Shown one piece after another: positions 1-4,613 of a stretch of 6,060 nucleotides of DNA. The stretch is from a virus. The stretch spans positions 1 through 6,060 of the IMG/VR virus record IMGVR_UViG_3300045988_000248; one strand, given 5' to 3'. The position numbers and the translations under genes were made by a program. The notes beneath the pieces were generated by a model. The model had not been told where the DNA came from. It saw nothing but the letters and a program-made list of their open reading frames with translations, and did not search any database. How positions within the stretch are numbered: the first letter of the stretch is position 1; each line of letters begins with the position of its first letter.

Positions 1-55
1 TGTGTTTTGTCTAGATATTCCCTATCTAATACAGCTATTTTCCAATCTTCGACTG
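1..55. repeat. Terminal direct repeat, copy A; identical to 6006-6060 and marks circular closure of a 6005-nt unit
   Basis: Base-by-base comparison shows that tgtgttttgtctagatattccctatctaatacagctattttccaatcttcgactg occurs at 1-55 and again at 6006-6060 with no mismatch. A minus-strand reading frame runs through the join without a stop. Confidence 0.97.
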
Positions 56-695
56 CCTTATCTGCGTTTGCTGCTGCTGCTTTCATATTGCTTTGCTCGA
101 TACTTTCTCTACTTGTTTGGATTCTGTTTTCAATCTCCTGCCATTTATTCTGCAGTTCTTGCCCTTCAGTGTCCACTCCTGCGATTTTATTTGCTTCGGC
201 AATAGTTTTGGTCGCTTGAGCGTTTGCGAGTCGATTTTGAGCCTCTATTTGCTTCAGTTGTAATCCCATTGATTCTTGTTGTAGTGCTACTTCCACCGGA
301 TTGGTTTTTGGTGCGTTTGGTTGAGTCGCTGTTCCTCCGGCTGTGCTTGCTGCTGATCCTCCTCCGTTGCCGTACATGAGCCCTACGCTCAATCCTGCCT
401 TTTCCATTTCATTCCTTTGTGCTCCAAAATTGGTGTCTTTCCACATTTGTAGATTCCGTCTATATTCAGCGTCTGCTGCTTGTTGTCCGTAGTTGTATTG
501 CAGACCCATTCCTTCTTTTTCATACTCCCATGCTTGTTGCATTAGTTTCTGTTGGTTTTTGAATCCGTTATTGTTTTTCTTGAATAGGCCTCCTAATAGT
601 CCTAGACCACCGCTGACTATTGATCCTATTCCTCCGGTTACAGCACCTGCTAGTCCTGAGGTTGCTGCTCCTGCTAATGTTGCTCCTAATCCCAT
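1..695 (-). CDS. VP2: VP2-like DNA pilot / minor capsid protein, 5' (N-terminal) part of a junction-spanning gene; continues at 6005 down to 5654, 348 aa in total
   Basis: I translated the minus strand by hand in the frame whose codons end at positions 695, 692 ... 2. ATG lies at 695-693, with an in-frame TAA upstream at 710-708, and there is no stop down to position 1. The translation begins MGLGATLAGAATSGLAGAVTGGIGSIVSGGLGLLGGLFKKNNNGFKNQQKLMQQAWEYEKEGMGLQYNYGQQAADAEYRRNLQMWKDTNFGAQRNEMEKAGLSVGLMYGNGGGSAAS... and ends ...NADKAVEDWKIAVLDREYLDKT. The features are a Gly/Ala-rich hydrophobic N-terminus, a Gly/Ser/Ala/Thr-rich stretch (MYGNGGGSAASTAGGTATQ), then Q/A/E/K-rich heptad-like sequence. 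This fits the architecture of Microviridae pilot proteins (phiX174 H, gokushovirus VP2). The frame is continuous with the 5654-5995 ORF across the 6005/1 join. Confidence 0.85.
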   Translation of the reverse strand, partial: MGLGATLAGAATSGLAGAVTGGIGSIVSGGLGLLGGLFKKNNNGFKNQQKLMQQAWEYEKEGMGLQYNYGQQAADAEYRRNLQMWKDTNFGAQRNEMEKAGLSVGLMYGNGGGSAASTAGGTATQPNAPKTNPVEVALQQESMGLQLKQIEAQNRLANAQATKTIAEANKIAGVDTEGQELQNKWQEIENRIQTSRESIEQSNMKAAAANADKAVEDWKIAVLDREYLDKT

Positions 696-795
696 AATAA
701 TTAATTTTTACATTCTTCGCGCTTACTTTAAAGAAGCGTCTACCTATATTTACTTGATATAATATGCTATATGCGTACTGCGCTTTTTTGGCTTT

Positions 796-830
796 AAAAA
801 GCGGACATAAATATTTACATCCGCCCTTTT
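796..830 (-). terminator. Rho-independent-terminator-like hairpin downstream of the capsid operon
   Basis: The minus strand reads AAAA-GG-GCGGA-tg-TAAAT/ATTTA-tg-TCCGC-TTTTT. The stem is 824-801, followed by a T5 run at 800-796, and begins 35 nt after the stop at 859. The A-tract/hairpin/T-tract arrangement makes it look bidirectional. A second hairpin, 781-803 (CGCTTTTT / tggcttt / AAAAAGCG), shares bases 801-803 with it, so the two are mutually exclusive. Confidence 0.5.
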
Positions 831-858
831 CGCATATAGTGTTCGTAATCGTACCCGA

Positions 859-1197
859 TTAGTTATCTCTTGTCGGGTTTGGTTCAGTTACTTCTCCTTC
901 GGTTTGACCTTCGGCTGTTTTTGGTGCTTCGGCTTCTCCCTTTTTAAGGTATTCATTCAATTTGTAGTTATTGACTCTATCCATTGCATCCATGGCTAAA
1001 GCCCATTTGTCCGTCCGTACGTTGCAATCATCTCTTACTCCTGCTTGTTTAGGCGTATAGATCATAGGTGCTCCGTCCGTTAATGGTTCGTTTTCGTCAA
1101 GGATTCTTTGTATTTTTTTGATTAAGGTTTCACCTTTCTCTGTTTCCTTGATCATTTCTTTAAAGTTGTTTACTCTTATTTTATTGATTGTTTTCAT
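859..1197 (-). CDS. Hypothetical 112-aa protein between the capsid and pilot genes; possible scaffolding-type or other structural accessory protein
   Basis: ATG at 1197-1195 lies 2 nt after the capsid stop (TAA 1202-1200). The segment PMIYTPKQAGVRDDCNVRTDKWALAMDAMD looks like a conserved core. The C-terminal tail is acidic and Pro/Thr/Glu-rich (GEAEAPKTAEGQTEGEVTEPNPTRDN). The functional guess rests only on position and is weak. Confidence 0.7.
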   Translation of the reverse strand: MKTINKIRVNNFKEMIKETEKGETLIKKIQRILDENEPLTDGAPMIYTPKQAGVRDDCNVRTDKWALAMDAMDRVNNYKLNEYLKKGEAEAPKTAEGQTEGEVTEPNPTRDN

Positions 1198-1199
1198 AA

Positions 1200-3149
1200 T
1201 TATAAGAATGGAATTTGTTTAGCACTATAGTTACCTCTTCTCGTTGCTTGTACTACTGTTTGTACCCAGAAGTTTTGGCTGTCGATTGATGTGTCCGCAA
1301 AGATTTCGATGTATTTCTGTGGATCAATGTATGTAGTCAAATCTTCGATTGTGTTATTTTCTCCTACTTCGTACCGTCGGTTCAATACCATGAAATCTAA
1401 TGCTTCTCCTGCTGCAAAATCTCCGTATGTACGGTTGTAATTAGTCATGTAATCGATCCATGCTACTGTTTTGTTGGCGGCTAGATGCTTCATATTGTTT
1501 ATAGATGATCCATTTTCATATGCAGATGTCTCTCCAACCATTTGCTCCTGAATGAGATCTTGGTATCCGATTCCGTCAAGCGCTGGCTTGTGTAGATCGT
1601 CAATTGTTTGTAAATTTAAATCAAAGTCGTTGCCTTGTGAATAATCGATCATCGGTGTGATAGCCATTAGTCCCATGATATAGCCCGGTTCTTCGCATTG
1701 GTAGTGTACATGTCCGCTGTTGAGTGGTTTGCCTCCCCTTCCGATTGCTGCGATGTCTCCCAGAGGTTGACTACCGTATGCTGTTTCTGTTGCGCTTTTT
1801 GAAATTACTTCATCAAATTCGATGTATTGTGTCATACCTCCGATAAACACAGGTGTTTCAGGTCTGTCAAGGTATTTTCCTGCCGTGTATACTGTTTCCA
1901 GCCAATCTCGGTATGTACCTCCGGACACTGCGATTCTGTTTAACATGTTGTAAACTTTCTGTTGCAGGTTCAGCGCGTCCATTGTTAATTTTCCGTCATT
2001 GGCTGTAATGTCGATACTTGTTAATTCTGTGATACCTCCTGCTCCGTCTATCCAGTCTGTTTGTACCCAGTTATTAAATATATCGCTATCGTATGTTTTT
2101 AACAGCATTCCTCCTAGTTTGTTGGCTTGACTGTCGATGATGTTATTTATAAATGTTGTTAATTCGGAACTTCCGTTATTTGTTTCTCCGAAATTTGCTC
2201 CTACAATTGTGATTGTTTGGTTTCCTTTGTAGTGTAGAATTACATCTCTGATCTGATCAAGCAATTTTAAGTCGTATTGACCTAGTTGGGTATTTATGTA
2301 TTTGATTATATTTTTATCAAATTCAACGCTTACGATTTTTGATATTACGTTTGTAACTTTGTCGATTGTAATCGTTTTACTTGTCGGATCTGTGCTTAAA
2401 TCCGCCATGGTTGTGATTACATCGCTTCCGTTTTTTCGTCCCAATACTTTTACATTTTCCCAATAGAGTTGCCAATTACTGGATTCGTCGAACGACCCTA
2501 CGCTTGTTCCTGTTGTCGGATATACATTTATATTATTTGCCGGGATTTTGTAGATATTAGGCCCTATCGATAATCTACTTAGTCCTCCTTTTAACATGTA
2601 GAATTTCTTTTCTTGCGTGTTTGCGAAAAAATTCTTGAAGATGTCGAGATATAACAGTAGAGGTACTCCATTTTTTAATACTCCTTGATTTGCGTTTGTT
2701 CCTGTTCGTCGTGATTTACTCCATCCGAGGTACTTGTATAAGGCTGATGCTGAAATGTTTGTTTCTGCTTTTGATGTTGTACCGTTTGTGTTGGCAAACA
2801 TCATAGGTAATTTGATGTCACTCATTTTCATACCTATACCTGTTCGGTTGTTGTGTAACCAACTGTTATATAGCCGGAATCCTCCGAAAAACAGGAAGTG
2901 TTGTAGTTTGAATGATCCGAATAGCGCCCCAAGTGTTGGTTGGCTTAGCGTTTTGTTAATCAGATTGATATCGATGATATCTCCTTTTTGGCAGAGTATT
3001 TTGCAGAATGGTACAAGCATTCCTACACCGACTGAACTTCTGAATACTGTTGATATATCATGAGTAGACATGTCATAGTCTCTCATTGCGACTTTCATTT
3101 TATTGTTGTCGCCTAGTGTATTTTTACCTAAGGTTCTTACAACTGCCAT
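1200..3149 (-). CDS. VP1: Major capsid protein, Microviridae VP1/F family, 649 aa
   Basis: This is the largest ORF. Its N-terminal region, RDYDMSTHDISTVFRSSVGVGMLVPFCKILCQKGDIIDI, fits the conserved Microviridae capsid pattern as I remember it (…[FY]D[LM]S…H…T…G.L.P……GD). Further conserved-looking blocks are NRIAVSGGTYRDWLE, PVFIGG and GYIMGLMAITP. ATG at 3149-3147 is preceded by AGGAGG (3163-3158) with an 8-nt spacing. The size is larger than I recall for typical gokushovirus VP1 and closer to Alpavirinae-like capsids. Confidence 0.93.
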   Translation of the reverse strand: MAVVRTLGKNTLGDNNKMKVAMRDYDMSTHDISTVFRSSVGVGMLVPFCKILCQKGDIIDINLINKTLSQPTLGALFGSFKLQHFLFFGGFRLYNSWLHNNRTGIGMKMSDIKLPMMFANTNGTTSKAETNISASALYKYLGWSKSRRTGTNANQGVLKNGVPLLLYLDIFKNFFANTQEKKFYMLKGGLSRLSIGPNIYKIPANNINVYPTTGTSVGSFDESSNWQLYWENVKVLGRKNGSDVITTMADLSTDPTSKTITIDKVTNVISKIVSVEFDKNIIKYINTQLGQYDLKLLDQIRDVILHYKGNQTITIVGANFGETNNGSSELTTFINNIIDSQANKLGGMLLKTYDSDIFNNWVQTDWIDGAGGITELTSIDITANDGKLTMDALNLQQKVYNMLNRIAVSGGTYRDWLETVYTAGKYLDRPETPVFIGGMTQYIEFDEVISKSATETAYGSQPLGDIAAIGRGGKPLNSGHVHYQCEEPGYIMGLMAITPMIDYSQGNDFDLNLQTIDDLHKPALDGIGYQDLIQEQMVGETSAYENGSSINNMKHLAANKTVAWIDYMTNYNRTYGDFAAGEALDFMVLNRRYEVGENNTIEDLTTYIDPQKYIEIFADTSIDSQNFWVQTVVQATRRGNYSAKQIPFL

Positions 3150-3152
3150 AGT

Positions 3153-3386
3153 TTATTCCTCCTCTTTTTTTGTTGTTTCTTTTTGTTTTTCTTCCCATTG
3201 ATCAGCTTCTTTGCATGCATAGATCAATGCTGCTACTAAGTTCCAATCGGTTGCGTCGATTACTTTTTGGGCTTCTTCTTCTGATTGAAATACTTGCTCA
3301 GTAGCCAAGTGATTACCAATAGTAATGATAACTTCATCTGATTCTGCGTCTTTTTTTCTGATTTTGAAAGCTTCTTTTAAGTTCAT
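3153..3386 (-). CDS. Hypothetical small acidic protein, 77 aa (MNLKEAFKIRKKDAESDEV...KKEEE)
   Basis: ATG lies at 3386-3384, 5 nt after the preceding stop. TAA at 3155-3153 lies 3 nt before the capsid ATG. The 3' end of this ORF contains the AGGAGG that precedes the capsid gene. Confidence 0.6.
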   Translation of the reverse strand: MNLKEAFKIRKKDAESDEVIITIGNHLATEQVFQSEEEAQKVIDATDWNLVAALIYACKEADQWEEKQKETTKKEEE

Positions 3387-3391
3387 GATTT

Positions 3392-3592
3392 TTACTTTTT
3401 TGGGTTAATATTGATTTGTGTACTGTCAACTGAACTAGTTGTTGTTTGTTCGGTTTTTTGAGTACTGTTACTGTTATTTTTGCTTACGCTTAGTGACATT
3501 GTGCAGCTTTGAGCTGTTAGAACTGCCGCAATACTGATAATTGCGGTGCAAATGATTTCGATAATTTTGTAAATGATTTTTTTCTTATCCAT
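3392..3592 (-). CDS. Small putative lipoprotein or membrane-anchored protein, 66 aa
   Basis: The sequence is MDKKK (positive n-region), then IIYKIIEIICTAIISIAAVLTA (hydrophobic h-region), then QSC (a lipobox-like ...A-Q-S-C, similar to the x-x-S-C lipoboxes common in Bacteroidetes), then a Ser/Thr/Asn-rich tail (TMSLSVSKNNSNSTQKTEQTTTSSVDSTQ). The call is based on reading the pattern only. Confidence 0.55.
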   Translation of the reverse strand: MDKKKIIYKIIEIICTAIISIAAVLTAQSCTMSLSVSKNNSNSTQKTEQTTTSSVDSTQININPKK

Positions 3593-3851
3593 CGTTAAAT
3601 AATTTTAATTGTAAATGTTTACACCATTCTTTATAAACTTTTTCTTTGTTATAAATTATGTTACATAATAACCTCCTTTCTTTTTTAATGAATATGTAGT
3701 GTTTTTGTATCTCGTCATCGATCATCTCGAATCCTTGTGTCTCTTCATTCGTATGACTATTATACCATATGAATGATTTCATTTCTTTGAATGTATTGAA
3801 TCTTTTTTGACCGACACTATATATCGGTCTTTTTTTCTTCTTCTTTATCAT
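3585..3851 (-). CDS. Hypothetical small protein, 88 aa, basic N-terminus (MIKKKKKRPIYSVGQKRF...)
   Basis: ATG lies at 3851-3849. The ORF overlaps the upstream ORF by 35 nt and the downstream ORF by 8 nt (ATGGATAA). An alternative internal start, MKSFIWYN, lies at 3782. I recognise no motif. Confidence 0.5.
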   Translation of the reverse strand: MIKKKKKRPIYSVGQKRFNTFKEMKSFIWYNSHTNEETQGFEMIDDEIQKHYIFIKKERRLLCNIIYNKEKVYKEWCKHLQLKLFNDG

Positions 3852-4032
3852 TTTTTATCATTATTTTATTTGTTTCTACGACGCATACCAGATCAAAGTT
3901 TGGATCATCATCCATTGATTCTTTTGCAACTGCTAGTGCTGTTTTGTAAGTCATTTTATTTTTGTAGTTGGTAAATGCTATAATACCTTCTTTTGTTTCT
4001 CTGAAAATTGCTGTCCAATTTGTTGCTGCCAT
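3817..4032 (-). CDS. Hypothetical small protein, 71 aa (MAATNWTAIFRETKEG...)
   Basis: ATG lies at 4032-4030, preceded by GGAGG (4046-4042) with a 9-nt spacing. The ORF is tightly packed behind the previous ORF, whose TAA is at 4037-4035. I recognise no motif. Confidence 0.6.
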   Translation of the reverse strand: MAATNWTAIFRETKEGIIAFTNYKNKMTYKTALAVAKESMDDDPNFDLVCVVETNKIMIKNDKEEEKKTDI

Positions 4033-4034
4033 GG

Positions 4035-4250
4035 TTAGAGTCCTCCATCTCCGTTATATGTTTTTACATTAATTACTTTCACGTCCCATTTTGCATTTTT
4101 CCCCATGTTCATTAACTTGTCGTAGATGTCCATGTATGTTTCATGCATTCCTTTTTCTTCTATGAATTTTTTAATGATCATAGTTGTTCCTTCGTTGTCG
4201 ACTGCGTAAACTTCTACGTAACGTTTACTTTTAGGTTCTTCAATATTCAT
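4035..4250 (-). CDS. Hypothetical small protein, 71 aa (MNIEEPKSKRYVEVYAVDNEG...NGDGGL)
   Basis: This is the minus-strand ORF in the track at 4035-4340, but the track start is a TTG at 4340 followed by 30 low-complexity K/N-rich codons. The first ATG is at 4250-4248. The ORF lies on the same strand as the other genes and ends 2 nt before the next gene's ATG. I recognise no motif. Confidence 0.55.
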   Translation of the reverse strand: MNIEEPKSKRYVEVYAVDNEGTTMIIKKFIEEKGMHETYMDIYDKLMNMGKNAKWDVKVINVKTYNGDGGL

Positions 4251-4310
4251 AATTTTTTTGTTTTTATTGTTCCGTGAGGAACGGTTAATATTCTTGTTTT
4301 TTAGACATTG

Positions 4311-4341
4311 CAAATATGTGCATTTATTTTTATTCTTCAAA
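4311..4341 (-). promoter_or_regulatory. Candidate Bacteroidetes-type promoter (-33 TTTG / -7 TAnnTTTG-like) upstream of the small-ORF cassette
   Basis: The minus strand reads TTTG (4341-4338), then a 19-nt spacer, then CATATTTG (4318-4311). This is a 7/8 match to the Bacteroides -7 consensus TAnnTTTG, with the expected spacing to a -33 TTTG. The region is AT-rich, so a chance match is quite possible. Confidence 0.3.
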
Positions 4342-4613
4342 TTTTTTCTGATTTTTATAACTTTTATTAACTTTCATAGCGCGAGCGACAAATAAGGGGT
4401 TCTAGGGGCATACCCCTAGAGCGTTAGCACCTTGATATCGCCAAAGGCGCATACCACGACCTTTTGGTCGGGTACACGCCTGTCCTTAATCTGTTATTGT
4501 AGGTAGCCGCCCTTCTGTCCTTCTCTACCTTTTCCTCCCTGTAAAATTAAAATGAAGCCTGCTGCATAGTGTAGTCCGTTCGTTACGGACAAGACGTTAT
4601 CGTGAAACGATAA
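4341..4613 (-). promoter_or_regulatory. Structured, GC-richer noncoding island between Rep and the small-ORF cassette; candidate replication origin or complementary-strand priming region
   Basis: The track shows no ORF of 60 aa or more on either strand here. I paired four hairpins by hand. (1) 4401-4420: TCTAGGGG / cata / CCCCTAGA, 8 bp. (2) 4446-4480: GGCG-ca-TACC-a-CGACC / tttt / GGTCG-GGTA-ca-CGCC, 13 bp with a bulge and an internal loop. (3) 4574-4590: GTCCGT / tcgtt / ACGGAC, 6 bp. (4) 4596-4614: GTTATCG / tgaaa / CGATAAC, 7 bp, touching the Rep stop codon. A pyrimidine-rich tract also lies at about 4508-4540 on the given strand. Confidence 0.6.

Noticed and set aside
1-55. The terminal repeat as a biological element (att site, LTR-like repeat or cos end)
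   Set aside because: The repeat is direct and exact, sits at the extreme ends and lies in the middle of a continuous coding frame. This is the signature of a linearised circular assembly. Microviridae genomes are covalently closed circles without terminal repeats.
2-762. Plus-strand ORFs 2-205, 7-219 and 493-762 from the track
   Set aside because: They lie antisense to the continuous minus-strand VP2 frame. Their translations are low-complexity (L/F/S/P/C-rich), as expected for the shadow of a Gly/Ala/Gln-rich gene. They have no plausible start context, and every other gene is on the minus strand.
696-780. Promoter for VP2/Rep in the spacer upstream of ATG 695
   Set aside because: The spacer is AT-rich with TATA-like strings (for example TATTATAT on the minus strand). 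I found no properly spaced -35/-10 pair and no TAnnTTTG/-33 TTTG pair. A promoter is plausible here but is not supported by a specific motif.
2734-3063. Plus-strand 109-aa ORF
   Set aside because: It is entirely antisense to the conserved N-terminal region of the capsid gene, so it is a shadow ORF with no independent support.
4269-4282. Small hairpin GTTCC/gtga/GGAAC in the leader of the first small ORF
   Set aside because: It has only a 5-bp stem with no extension on the transcript strand. It is not distinguishable from chance.
4251-4340. N-terminal 30 codons of the 101-aa track ORF (TTG start at 4340)
   Set aside because: The start is a non-ATG codon followed by K/N-rich, low-complexity sequence from an AT-rich leader. 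The stretch also overlaps the promoter-like motif. The ATG at 4250 gives a compact 71-aa protein and is preferred.
4431-4438. CTTGATAT, an 8-mer shared with the phiX174 origin core (CAACTTG/ATATTAATAAC), located inside the hairpin island
   Set aside because: The match is on the given (non-coding) strand, whereas the phiX gpA nick site is on the viral strand, which has the same sense as the genes. On the coding strand only the palindromic GATATC core remains. An 8-mer match somewhere in 12 kb of two-strand sequence has a chance probability of roughly 0.2. It should be kept in mind only if nicking assays are done.
4380-4480. Possible tRNA or other small RNA gene in the GC-rich hairpin region
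   Set aside because: I could not build a cloverleaf on either strand. There is no 7-bp acceptor stem pairing the ends and no GTTC-type T-loop or D-arm arrangement. The hairpins are independent, simple stem-loops.
4480-4522. Direct repeat CTGTCCTT at 4480-4487 and 4515-4522 as possible iterons
   Set aside because: There are only two copies of an 8-mer within a pyrimidine-rich tract. This is too weak to call without conservation data.
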